From Eledone cirrhosa (taxonomy: Eukaryota): DNA of 64,000 nucleotides. The translations under genes were made by a program, and so were the position numbers. Shown in pieces: positions 28,681 to 41,483 of the stretch (positions within the stretch are counted from its first letter, which is position 1; every line of letters begins with the position of its first letter). The stretch lies in the NCBI GenBank assembly GCA_964016885.1, contig OZ024740.1, positions 247,752,001 through 247,816,000 of the forward strand. The letters run 5' to 3'. A model generated the notes under the pieces. It did no database searches. It had not been told where the DNA came from and saw nothing but the letters and a program-made list of their open reading frames with translations.

Positions 28681-30324
28681 ATCCGTAGGAATTCTGAACG
28701 CAGTTATGACAACTACCGAAGATGCACAATGTTTTGTTTTTACCAGTAGAGGCATAAATTAAGACATTTGATGAGCTTTCACCTTTGAGTGTCCAATATA
28801 AAATTGGATATGAGCGAAGCTGGATTCCTACTCACCGCTTGTATTTAGTAGCAGAAGTCTTTTAAGTGTGGTGCTTTCTTTCAATGCTATTATTGATGAA
28901 AAAGAAATATGAATATATTATAAGGCAAACTGGAGAAATGTAACTTTAATCGCAAGATAAAAGAAAGATACATATATTAGTTGTAAGTGTCTAATTCGTG
29001 TTTCACAAGATATCAATATATAAAAAAACAGGCCGATGGACAGTTAAAATTATCTGAAGGAATATGAGATAAACATAGGGATAGTCGAGTCAAAAGAGCA
29101 TTATAAGGGAAAGACAAAGAAGGAAAGTTTTAGAGTGCGATAGATAGATAGAGAGAGGAGGACAGAAAAGCGGAAGTAAGATGTAACAATATGAAAAAGA
29201 GAATGCCGATAAGAGAAATAAAAATGATACTGAAAGTAAGTGAAGTGAACAGTGCAATTGTGAAGCGGCTTCTTTCGGGGTTGATAAAATAAATACCAAT
29301 CCAGTACTAGTTTATATAATCTCTGCCCTTGTGACTCTATAAAAAATATATAAAATCAATTTTAAGTTTAAGAGAAACAAATAACACGGACGGACATTTA
29401 AAGAAAAACTGAAATATTAAGAAATAGAATGGGATATATAGAAAGCGAGACAGAGTAGAAAACAATATATAAAAGCATATGAGTGGAAATAAGAGGTGAT
29501 AATAACATGGAAAAGAGATTATGTTGGTAAAGGGGTGAAGTAGTAAAATACATTGATTCAACACTGTCGTGATAGCAGAGACGTAAGTGATAGCTACGTA
29601 CGAAATAAAGAGGGTGGTAGTGTCATACAAAAGACAGAAGTGGATGAAATTAACGTTTAATGAGGATGTCATCTTTGTAGATAAATTATAAATGGATCCT
29701 TCACAAAGTTGTACTTTCTGTGAATATTAACAAGACTAATAAATTGATTTTCTGATATAATATTCATGAAGAGAGCTGTTTATTCATGTACGTAGGTATG
29801 AGTCGATATGTATGTGTGTATATGAGTGTGTACGCGCACACATATATATACATGCACACACGCACACCTATATATAAGTATAATTATATATATATATATC
29901 TGTGTGTGTGTGTTTGTATATATATGTATATATATATATATATGTATATACATATATATGTATATGTATATATATATGTATATATATATATATATATACG
30001 AGTATATATATAAACGGAAAAATTGAAACGAGATTTCATTTCTCACTCTTAGTATCTTAGTACGGCTGTTACTTAAATATAAGTATGTATACGTACATAC
30101 ATATATGTATACAGACGTACAGTAGTATGCATATATATATATATATATATATATATAGGAACCAGTAAGACCCCGACGGCTGAGCTCAAGCCGTTTCGAC
30201 GGCTAATTCTGGCTTGAGCTCAGCCGTCGGGGTCTTACTGGTTCCTATTACCCACTCTACTACCCCAAGTATTGAGTACTTTGGTGCGTTATGGTCCACC
30301 TGGTTCCTTACCACATTTCCTTCG

Positions 30325-30389
<65 letters not shown>

Positions 30390-30537
30390 TATATACATGC
30401 CCACATATATATATGTACGTATGGATTCACTGAACATTTATTATAATGCTCGATGTGTTTGTAAACAAACATCCCGAATTAAGCCGTACAGTGTCTAGCA
30501 ACCATCGTTGCTCATTTGTTCAACACTGACAAAGGAA

Positions 30538-30578
30538 CGCTGTACTAGTTTCAAGCTTATTAGCTATCGTCAGCAACG
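30538..30578 (-). ncRNA. Minimal type-I hammerhead ribozyme
   Basis: Minus strand reads CGUUG-CUGACGA-uAGCU aaua AGCUu-GAAA-CUAG-UA-CAGCG: intact core, stems I and II, palindromic stem III. Confidence 0.8.
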
Positions 30579-30731
30579 TATACCTTCCTGCCAGATGGTT
30601 GAACGTCTGAAAGTATATACTTTCCTTATGCATATTAACGGCTGAGCAGCCTAATTTGCATATCGAGTGAGTTAATCGGCCGGGGTACCGAAAACGATAA
30701 ACGGAAAAAATGAAACAAAATTTCATTTCTC

Positions 30732-30765
<34 letters not shown>

Positions 30766-30995
30766 GCATACTACTGTACGTCTGCATACATATATGTATG
30801 TACGTATACATACTTATATTTAAGTAACAGCCGTACTAAGAGTGAGAAATGAAATTTCGTTTCATTTTTTCCGTTTATCGTTTTCGGTACCCCGGCCGAT
30901 TAACTCCCTCGATATGCAAATTAAGCTGCTCAGCCGTTAATATTCATAAGGAAAGTATATACTTTCAGACGTTCACCATCTGGCAGGAAGGTATA

Positions 30996-31036
30996 CGTTG
31001 CTGACGTTAGCTAATAAGCTTGAAACTAGTACAGCG
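30996..31036 (+). ncRNA. Minimal type-I hammerhead ribozyme (core variant CUGACGU)
   Basis: Inverted copy of 30538-30578 with an A9-to-U change. Confidence 0.65.
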
Positions 31037-31176
31037 TTCCTTTGTCAGTGTTGGACAAATGAGCAACGATGGTTGCTAGACACTGTACGGCTTAATTCGG
31101 GATGTTTGTTTACAAACACACCGAGCATTATAATAAATGTTCGGTGAATCCATACGTACATATATATATGTAGGCA

Positions 31177-31207
<31 letters not shown>

Positions 31208-31254
31208 GCATGCTACTGTACGTCTGTATACATATATGTATGTACGTATACATA

Positions 31255-31323
<69 letters not shown>

Positions 31324-31328
<5 letters not shown>

Positions 31329-33647
31329 TTAGTTAAGCAAAACAAGACCACAGATTTCACAAGGAAGACATTATTAAAAGATTGTCAACATATTTTAGTT
31401 TGATGTAAGGAATGTAGAGAATAATAATAATAATATTAATAATAATAATAATGTCCGTTTACATACAACTTTGATATCACAATGGGCTCAAGTGACTGCG
31501 CAAATCACCGATTTAGTTGGAATTTACCTATTACATAACATCAGAGCCGAAATCCAACACTTGCAAGGCGGAATATATAGGGACGACGCCCTATTTGCAG
31601 TCCACAATTGCACTAATCGAGGCATTGAGTTGCTCAAAAAACAATTACACAGATTCTTTAAAAATAACGGTCTCTCTATCACCATCGAGCCGAACCATAA
31701 AGTAGTAAACTTCCTAGACGTCACCCTGGATCTTAACAATAACCTATATTACCCTTACCATAAACCAGGTGAAATACTTACATATATTAGCCTACACTCT
31801 AACCACCCATCGGCAGTCATTAGAGCAGTAATCAAATCTATCTCATATAGGATCTCCATGCTATCAGCAAATGAGGAGATATTTATAAACCATGCAGCAT
31901 ATTATAATAAGGCTATTTCTGAATCTGGTTATGAACAGTCCATTTACTACATACCTAAATGCCATAACACAGCAATTCACCACAACCATAATAAACTTAA
32001 CACTAGGATTAGAAACACCTTAACATATAGCCAGATTCGCCGGAATTTTAGCAGTAGCAGCACTTATAAAGGGAACTTTAATGGTGGCAGTGCCTGCTTC
32101 CCACTCCAAGTAGCAAATTAAAAATCAACCCTAGAATAGGAATGAGCAATTGGATGACAAATAACAAACGCCCAGGTAATAATAACCCTATGAAGGCCCC
32201 TACCAACTCCACTAGAACCCCTAGAGGAATAGGCCTAGAAATGTCACCTGGCTTAACCCCCATTCTTATCTAATCTAGCCACTAATATCCCTAAACGGTT
32301 CTTCTCTATCCTATCTAAACATTTCCCACGCAACCATAGATATTACAAACTCTTTAATAAAAAATAACATTAAAATCTCATTCTCCACAACACCTAACCT
32401 AGCTAGCCACATCGCATTCAGTAACCATCATAAACTAAGACAGTATAACTACCACACCGCGGTACCACCACCCCCATCAAATACACCACGCCACTACACC
32501 AATACTTACTCTAGTAGCACACCCCCATCTAATCCTTCTAGCACTGACCAACCGCTTAGGTTAAACAACCCTACTCTCATTAACCGCAGAAGTAACTGCA
32601 ACTGCCGTTACCCTAATGCATGCCCACTAAATGGACATTGCCTGACACCCAACATAGTCTGTAGGTGCACGGTTAAAACTGCTTCGCAGACCAGCTCGTA
32701 TATTGGCTCTACCTCTAACCTTTTTAAGGTACGCTATAACGCGCACTCTTTTTCCTTCCGAGACCCTAACAACAGATGTTCGACATCTCTAGCTAGGCTC
32801 ATTAAAAACCTTAAAATAACCAACATTGAACACTCACTAACATGGGATATCTTGGCTAGGGCCCAACCGTTCAATGGACGAAGAAAATCTTGTGAACTCT
32901 GTCTTACCGAAGCATATTACATAACTCTATCATGACCTCTACCGATTAACGATAGAACAGAGGTAACTATTAGCTGTCAACATCGAAGGGCTAATTCCTT
33001 TGCCAACAGAATATTTGACCCAACATAGTCATCTAGCCCCATTTTTATATGTAGCTAATAAGTTAAATAGCTATAACTAACTTAGATAATTATAAGTTGT
33101 CTCTCAATTAAAAAATTAAAAAATTAGCACTTAACTATAAAATACCCACAATTTCTAATCTCTCGAGGAGTTACTTCCCCTGAAACCACGCTCTAATTAG
33201 TAAGGTAAATATGTCCATTGGCGGCCATCTTGTTACCCAAAGACAGATCTCACACAATGCAGCCTCGACAGAAGAATACTGCTCCACTATAGCAGACAAT
33301 TGATATACCCAGGACACCATAGTGAAATACCAACATATGGAACATTACATTTATGTAACATTCTTTCCTTATTTTAATTTATATTCCTTTTGAAGTTCCG
33401 ATGAGCTGCTCTATTTCTACCTATGTTAATTATTTTCAACTGAACCAGATCAATAATGATATATAATCATTTGATCCAGAAATATTATATGAAGTAGCGA
33501 ATCAATTGTAAATGGGCATTATTATTTTTATTAATATTATTATTATTATTCTCTACATTCCTTACATCAAACTAAAATATGTTGACAATCTTTTAATAAT
33601 GTCTTCCTTGTGAAATCTGTGGTCTTGTTTTGCTTAACTAATGAATA
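31324..33647 (+). mobile_element. Penelope-like element, 5'-truncated, with inverted terminal segment
   Basis: RT GGIYRDDALF and VNFLDVTLDL (31471-32121); Cys-rich linker and GIY-YIG (NCNCRYPNACPLNGHC...YIGSTS, ~32590-33020); 31324-31463 is the reverse complement of 33507-33647. Confidence 0.9.
33395..33513 (+). ncRNA. Degenerate hammerhead-like motif in the PLE 3' repeat
   Basis: CCGAUGA-GCUGCU...long insert...AGUAGC-GAAU-CAAUUG-UA; core mutated. Confidence 0.4.
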
Positions 33648-33824
33648 TTTCCAGCTATGTGCACCTAACCTCTGCATTAACCCAGCCACTTAGCTGCATT
33701 CCACTGCATATTGCACATTGAGCACATGCCTTTACGTTTTGGCTTCTAACTAATTCACCAATCTCTCCTCTCCTATCTCCTCTCCTATCTCCATCTCTCT
33801 CTTTAAGATTGGTTACTCTTGAAC

Positions 33825-33868
<44 letters not shown>

Positions 33869-33875
<7 letters not shown>

Positions 33876-34436
33876 CTTTAGGTCGTTTTGGAAGCCTCAA
33901 CAATGTAGATGGGTAAATCTCCGGGTAACAAGATCCGGTGGTGGAGAGAGAGATGTAAGTGAATGTAGGTTGAGATGTGTAGTGTGTAGAAGAATGTAGG
34001 AAAGAGCGTAAAGGATAAAAATAATAACACGAGATAGAGTTACCTTGGGAGAGATTTAATTGTCCCTATATATTTCGGATTCATATCCATCAACTGGGAG
34101 GTTTTCCGGGGGAGGGTTGTCTGTCGATATTCAAAACAATGAACAGCGGAGGACACGTTTCGCACCTTTCCGACAGACAACCGCCCCCCCCCCCCCCCCA
34201 CACGGAAAAAAACCCAGTTGATGGATGTGAATCCGAAATATATAGAGACAATTAAATCTCTCCCAAGGTAACTCTATCTCGTGTTATTATTGTTATCCTT
34301 TACGCTCTTTCCTACATTCTTCTACACACTACACATCTCAACCTACATTCACTTACATCTCTCTCTCTCTCTCCACCACCGGATCTTGTTACCCATCTGC
34401 ATTGTTGAGGCTTCCAAAACGACCTAAAGAAATATA
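33869..34436. repeat. ~260-bp inverted repeat (33869-34126 / 34171-34436), pLTR-like
   Basis: Arms reverse-complementary; degenerate hammerhead-like motif at 34213-34247; flanked by (TA)n. Confidence 0.85.
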
Positions 34437-34477
34437 CCTTATTATTCCACAATGCTTCAAGCAAACTTCAATACTCT

Positions 34478-34524
<47 letters not shown>

Positions 34525-34538
<14 letters not shown>

Positions 34539-35340
34539 GTATGTGTGTGTGTGTGTGTCTGTGTGTCTGTGTATTACCTATAGGGGCCTACATCTTACGA
34601 CCGATTTTCATGAAACTTTACAGGCTCATAGATTAGTCATCGGGGAATGTTTTCTATGTATCAGCGTATCGTTTTTTTTTTATTCCGGGGTCATTCTGCA
34701 GATAAAAATCGATAGGGGTGGTCACCTTTTTTTAGGTATGGAAAAATAAGATTGTTGGCTCTAGCTCCCACATTTTGCCACCGAATTCGTTCAAATTTTA
34801 AAGCAAAATAGAATTTATCATTGCATATACTGTAATGGCTTTATATTTTGCATTTGTTGTTCAGGGACGGCGTGGCAGCCGCTTAAATATTCAAAAATAC
34901 CATTTCTAGACTCAAATTTCCACTTTTTCGGCTCTAGCTCCCACATTAATCAACCTACTTTGTTCAAATTTTACACTACGCTAGATCTGATTATTTCACG
35001 TTTTAAAGTGGCTTTACATTTTGGATTTTTTGTTCAGTAACGGCGTAGCAGCCGCTTAAATATTCAAAAATACCACCTTTTCGCTCAAATTTCCACCTTT
35101 TCGGCTCTAGCTCCCACATTTTTCAACCGATTTCGTTCAAATTCGAAACTTCGGCTCCACCTCACACATAACTCAATTTATTTGGTTCAACTTTTATAAT
35201 ACGATAGATCCTATCATTAGCTCCCACATTTTTCAACCGATTTCGTTCAAATTCGAAACTTCGGCTCCACCTCACACATAACTCAATTTATTTGGTTCAA
35301 CTTTTATAATACGATAGAACCTATCATTGCACATCTTATA
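34525..35340 (+). mobile_element. Non-autonomous Helentron/DINE-like element with internal tandem repeats
   Basis: tataaaa..(GT)n..ccgattttcatgaaact head; repeated ggctctagctcccacatt units; near-exact 110-bp tandem at 35108-35328. Confidence 0.5.
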
Positions 35341-36083
35341 GATGGTCAAAGGCAAAACGATGGCCACTGACGTAGTCTGAGATTTTAGTTGTGTATTTGA
35401 GAATTCATCGGTTTCCAATCAAGTAGCGTGAGGAAATTTGGCTTAGTGTTAGAGTTCATTACCTCCATCCCCCAGCATGCCCCTTCGTCAGTCAACCGCG
35501 TTTCTCAGTGATAGAGGTCATCACCACCCTCCTCCGTATGGCCTGTGTGTGGCCATAGATGAGTCATCGAGAAGCAGTCGCTAAGATCAACACCTTTTCA
35601 TCAAAGCAGATATTATTTTACCTACCCAGGCAACGCTGGGTACTGCTGCTAGTATATATATGCGTGAGTGTATGGGAAATGTGTATATTGTCTATATAGG
35701 TGTATGTATGTATGTATGTAAATATACATACATAATTAAGCCACAAATGTTTATCTTCAACATCAACACCTTCAGTTATTTGATTACCTCCCTCTATTCC
35801 CCTCCTCACTCTCTTTCTTCCTTTCAATTTTCCTTTCTGTCTTGCACTCCCATTCACTCTTTCTGTCTCTCTTGGGTTTTCATTCTCCATCTCTCTCTCT
35901 CTCCATTATTTATTATTCTTCTGTCTATCTCAATGTTTTTATTGTGTTCAAGCAACTAAATATATTCAAGTAAATATACATGAGTATATGAGTATATATA
36001 ATTCAAATAGATATTCATAAAAATATATAACTATATAACTATATAACTATATATGTTTGTGTGTGTGTTGGTGTTGGTGTGTC

Positions 36084-36199
<116 letters not shown>

Positions 36200-36406
36200 C
36201 ATATTGTCAAGTCCCTCCCGGGCGCTACTGGTAACATGTAACCCAGTACAACCTGTCACATAGTCGTATCATCGGTGACTAAACCGGCAACCCTACCAAC
36301 CTTGCTTAGTGAGGAGAGTGATTATTGGAAATCCTGTAGGACAAAAAGCAAAACCCATCTTAGGGTGGAGAAACTCATATGACTTAGTATGTATATATAT
36401 ATATAT

Positions 36407-36710
36407 AGTATGTATGTATGTATATGTACATACCTATATGTATACAGACGTACAGTAGTATGTATATATATACATACATGCACACATATATATATGCACG
36501 TATCGATTTACCGAACATTTATTATAATGCTCGGTTTGTTTGTAAACAAACAGCCCGGGCTGTTTGTTTGTTTACAAACAAACCGAGCATTATAATAAAT
36601 GTTCGGTAAACCGATACGTGCATATATATATGTGTGCATGTATGTATATATATACATACTACTGTACGTCTGTATACATATAGGTATGTACTTATACATA
36701 CATACATACT
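36407..36710. repeat. Spacer-less palindrome, arms ~150 bp, centred on cagccc|gggctg (36556/36557)
   Basis: Arms reverse-complementary; same family as the 30-31 kb unit. Confidence 0.9.
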
Positions 36711-36899
36711 TACATTTAAGTAACTGCCGTACTAAGAGTGAGAAATTAAATTTCGTTTCATTCTATTCCATTTATATATATATACATATTAGTGAAAGGT
36801 GGCGAATTTGCGAGAATTCCCATGCATGTCATTTTTGGAGTAATAGTAGTGAAAGAGTGAAGAATAACATGGTCGGCTGTAAAAAAATGGTTTTATTTA

Positions 36900-37014
36900 C
36901 AGTATTAACAATTGTTTCATTGATCAGGTGAGTCTAAAGGCCGCTAATCACTCGAAATTGCGTCACACGACCTTAAATACAGTGTGTGCCTCTGATCAAA
37001 TCATCGGAATACTG
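36900..37014 (-). ncRNA. Type-I hammerhead-like motif with CCGAUGA core and extended stem II
   Basis: CAGUAUU-CCGAUGA-uUUGAUCAG...CUGAUCAAu-GAAA-CAAUUG-UU-AAUACUG. Confidence 0.6.
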
Positions 37015-38262
37015 GAGGGTGTAACACATGGCATTGGTATTTATAGATACATCGAAGAATCAAGTGAATGAAAACAATAACATCAATAATAAAAGATAAT
37101 AAAGAAGTAAAAATGAAAATGATAAATAAGTACAAAATAAGCACAAAATACGGTTGCTGATAATAGTAGTAGTGGTGGTGGTGGTTGAAGTTATAATGGT
37201 GAGTAAGTGGATGTGTAAAATAGTGATGACAGTAAAGATAACAATAACAGGAAACGAAATACGAAATACATGGTATGTAGTATATAGAGTTTGTAAATTG
37301 GCGAAATAAAAATGCAAGAGGTACAATAAAATATCAGAGGATTAAAATAAAAAATAAAAAATAAAAAGTAAGAGAGAAAGAGATAACGAACAGGTGACAG
37401 AGAATTAGAATAAGGATTCGAGGATGAGACATAAAGGGTAGGAATAAGGACGGGGAAGCAGTAGATAGATAGAGAATAAAAAGTGAAAAGGGCAGTGATG
37501 ATATATGGGTGATTAACGTCTGGTAGATTGATTGTTTTATCTTAGTGGAGGTGATGCGACTATAGAGAGAGAGGGTGAAAGAAATGTTGGGAGATTCATG
37601 ATATTGATTTAATGATTGGTTGGTCGGTTGACATCTAATAATAATGGAAGCTAGTACATTAAAATCCGGGTGGTTCTGACTGAATTCCGAGATTGCTGGA
37701 TCGAATTATGCCGGTTGTGGTTTGAAATTAGAGAACTTGTTGGCTGCTTTGTGCCTAGAGAAAACTGTTCGTTCTATCTTGTTGTTAAGCAGTATTTTAT
37801 CATACTTTAAAATATGGAGCAGCTCCATATTGCAAAGTCCGCAGTGGGACATTCCATTTTTGTAGGCCCTTGCACTCGATAACTTCGACCAGCTAATCTC
37901 ATATTCCTGGTTGATGTTCTTAAGCTGCCAGATCTTATTAGCCAGAGTCGTTGTGTTCTCAAGTCTACGGTTTTTTTATAGAATGCCTATGCACATACCA
38001 TCTTTTTTTGAAATCTCCAGCTGTAGAACCTCTTCCATTTTTATTTCGCCAATTTATAAACTCTATATACTACATACCAAGTATTTCGTATTTCGTTTCC
38101 TGTTATTGTTATCTTTACTGTCATCATTATTTTACACATCCACTTACTCACCATTATAACTTCAACCATCACCACCACTACTACTATTATCAGCAACCGT
38201 ATTTTGTACTTATTTTTTACATCTTTTTTACTCCTTTATTATTAGCCATGTGTTACACCCTC

Positions 38263-38377
38263 CAGTATTCCGATGATTTGATCAGAGACACACACTCTAT
38301 TTAAGGCCGAGTGACGCAATTTCGAGTGATTAGCGGCCTTTAGACTCACCTGATCAAGGAAACAATTATTAATACTG
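38263..38377 (+). ncRNA. Inverted copy of the extended hammerhead-like motif
   Basis: Same architecture; stem III reads CAAUUA. Confidence 0.5.
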
Positions 38378-38880
38378 TAAATAAACCCTTTTTGTACAGC
38401 CGACCATGTTATTCTTCACTCTTTCACTACTATTACTCCAAAAATGACATGCATGGGAATTCTCGCAAACTCGCCACCTGACTAAGGAAACATTTTGTTG
38501 AGTCAAACGTATGTTAAAACTATCCATAGTACAGAGTGCTCACAATATCTAACTAGATTACCTAAAACGATAACTTGTATATATATGTGTGTGTGTTTAT
38601 GTATACATATATATATCCCTGTGCGTGTGTATGTATATATATATATATGTGTGTGTGTATGTATGTATATATATATATATACATATATATGTGTGTATTT
38701 ATATATATAAATATATATATATATGTGTGTGTGTGTGTATATATATATATAAGTATATATATATATATATATATAAGTATTTCGTATCTCCAAGGAAATA
38801 CGGTTTTAGGAAGCCGTAGCTATGCAAATACCTGTGGGCTAACGCCCTCTGGTGATGTCCAGCAGAAGCAAGGGGGACAA

Positions 38881-38921
38881 CCGTCTATGCATTTCAGGCT
38901 TAACTGGCCTTCGTCAGGAGG
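38881..38921 (-). ncRNA. Minimal type-I hammerhead ribozyme
   Basis: CCUC-CUGACGA-AGGC caguuaa GCCU-GAAA-UGCA-UA-GACGG. Confidence 0.75.
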
Positions 38922-39072
38922 GTCCCTCCCACCGCTTGCGACTGCTGGACTAGAAGACAGCCGAGAATATATACATTTCTCGTCTGTGTAAATGAGGTGA
39001 TTAATCTCATTTGCATATGAAGCTGCATAAGTTGGCTCAACTTATAATGAGATTAATCACCTCATTTACACA

Positions 39073-40454
39073 CCATCTGGGCCTGGTGACTTCCAGTTGG
39101 TTAGTTTTTTGGCCTACCCCTTAAGAGTTTCAACTGTGATACTCAAATCAGTTTGTTGGTGTTCCTGTTCACTAATCTCCTTTTGTACTGTCTCAATCCA
39201 CACTGCCTGGTCATTATGTTTAACATCCTGCTCCTATATTCCTCTCCAGAATGTCTTAGTTTGTTCCGCCTCAGGGATCAAGTCGTTGCCTCTTTCTTTC
39301 CATTCAAGCTGTCCAAACATCTTCTGGTTGTTGTCAAACATGCGGTTCTGTCTATACTGACTGACTCTGCTCTCGTATCGCCTAATTTTTTCACTCTTTG
39401 CTACAATGCGTTGCTTCAGTTCCTCTATAATAATATTTAGTCTTTTCCTCCTAGTTTTGTACTTTATTTCCAGTCTATTTTTAGTGTCTATGTTTTTTAG
39501 TGTCCCATTCATTAGGGACTCAAGCTTTCCAATGTCATTTCTCATTTCTCTGATTTGACCATTCAGTCGTTTCTTCTACCAAGGTTCTGATATTTCTTGT
39601 TTGTTGTTTCCTCTCGCTTTTATGCCAAGTAATTTCCTCACCGCATTTGCTGTTGCTTTGAGGATATTGTGGCACTGGTGAAGGCTCCTCGCCTCAAGAT
39701 ATGGGATGACTTTGTTTACCTTAGGTGTTGTTTCTTTTACCTATTTCCTGTCTACAAATCTTAGGTTCATAGGTTTCCCACTATCATTGTTCATTTCATC
39801 TCCACTAAGTTTAGGATATCAACCAAATCTTGTCCTAACCCGTCAGCATTCATCTCCTCAATGGCCGTATCTTTGTTCCAGGTGTTATTTATTTCAGCAT
39901 TCAGATCATTGTCTGCTTCGGATGGTTCCTCCGTTCTCTCAACCTCTTCACCTTCATTTCCCACTGGCTCGTTTGCCTGGCATACACCACTCTCCATTTC
40001 CAACCTAATCTCTCTGCTCAGTTCCTCCAGTTCCAGCTCGCTTATCCACCCATTAGTTCTTATTACCCGAGCCTGCCCGGCCAATTTTTGTTCATCTAAT
40101 TTAAATAGACCAATCTCGTTCCAGATGTTATGCAGCCTTTTTCCTTGGGGTTACTCTTCAGGTAACATTGCATAACAGTTCTATTCAATTCTTTCGTCCA
40201 GTTGGTTCTGGTCCCTTTCCTTCTTCTTCCTCCGACACCAGCAGTATTTGGTTGACAGCCACGTCCCTGCTGCTGAGCCAGGGAGCACCTGCTGGGTGAG
40301 AGTCTGTCACATGACATTCCGGTCTCCACTTCACCGTTATTCGAACTGTTTAGGTTCGTCATTGAAACACTCTTATCGAGGATTGGTGAATGTATGGTTA
40401 CATAACCACCGGTGATTGCATCACCCCCGGTGATTTTAGCGTGGCACTTTCACG
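39073..40454 (-). mobile_element. R4/Dong-like element, N-terminal ORF region up to the RT start
   Basis: NWTKELNRTVMQCY, AGQARVIRTNGWISELELEEL, IEELKQRIVAK..YRQNRMF, NWKSPGPDG at ~39073-39098. Confidence 0.75.
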
Positions 40455-41260
40455 CTGTAGACGAACATAAATAAACAAACAAACAAATAGGTAAAAACCC
40501 CCCAAAATAAGCATAAGTTTCATTGTAATGTAATGTTTGAATGTCTGACTTAGTTTTTTTGCTCGTCTGTCTGTTTGTTTTTCTTTTCTTTTTTCTTTTC
40601 TTTGCGTTTTTCGTTGCTGCTGTGCTGTTTTGATTTTGATTTTTTGATTTTTTGATTTTTTTGACCGGATCATCAAATTAGTCTATTTATATCTTTTGAT
40701 GCCTTCCTCATTTAGTGGGAATATTATGATGCCTGTCTTAGCAGGAGGTAGTGGGAGAGAATAGCGGCGGTAGCGATAATGAGGCAGTGGTGGTGGTGGT
40801 GGTGGTGATGTGCTAGTAGTACTTAGCAGGAGGTAGTGGGAGAGAATAGCGGCGGTAGCGATCATGAGGCAGTGGTGGTGGTGATGTGATCGTAGTACTG
40901 TAGTGATGGTGTTGAAGTTGAAGTAGAAATAGAAGTTGAGGTAACTTGACTAGAGTTTTTGGCGTGGTAGTGGTGATGGTGGCGGTGGTGGTGTTGGTGG
41001 TGAAATTATTTGCCTGTCTGTCCACTTAGCCATTTTTCTCTTTTTCGACTATAACATTTCTGATCCAAAATTAAATATTAAATATTGGGGCTCTATACCG
41101 TAAAGTGATGCGTTGTCGCCTGCTGAGGGCTAAAACTGTAATCTTATATTTCATTTGTAATAAGAATTATTCTATCACAGTTGTTTTAAATAAGTAAAAA
41201 TCAAAAACTTACGGGAGCGATTCCATAACGATATATATCCACCATGTGCGTTTTCTTCCC

Positions 41261-41312
<52 letters not shown>

Positions 41313-41315
41313 TAC

Positions 41316-41483
41316 ATTCTGAGTTAAAATCCCGCCGAAGTTAACTTTGCCTTTAATCCTTACGGGGTCGATAACATAAAGTACCAGTAATGCACTGGAT
41401 TCATTTAATCACCCCCCCCCCCCCACACACACACACACACAGTTTTCTGGCTTTGTACCAAATTCAGAAACCATTATTATTAC
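41316..41483 (+). mobile_element. 5'-truncated SINE variant in (ATT)n
   Basis: B box region and core; divergent 3' part; (ATT) tail. Confidence 0.75.

Larger units (their letters stand above)
30395..31180. repeat. ~340-bp inverted repeat (30395-30732 / 30843-31180) of the hammerhead-bearing unit
   Basis: Arms are near-exact reverse complements. Confidence 0.9.
36789..38485 (-). mobile_element. Penelope-like 3' fragment (GIY-YIG C-terminus) between inverted pLTR copies
   Basis: Minus strand TTLANKIWQLK..YEISWSKLSSARAYKNGMSHCGLCNME; inverted repeat 36789-37322 / 38028-38485. Confidence 0.8.

Noticed and set aside
30156-30248. Hammerhead in the 37-bp foldback (CCGACGG...GAAAC on the minus strand)
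   Set aside because: Core and stem II could not be folded consistently; kept only as an inverted repeat
34750-35330. CRISPR-like repeat-spacer array
   Set aside because: Degenerate tandem subrepeats with homologous spacers in eukaryotic TE context; no cas genes
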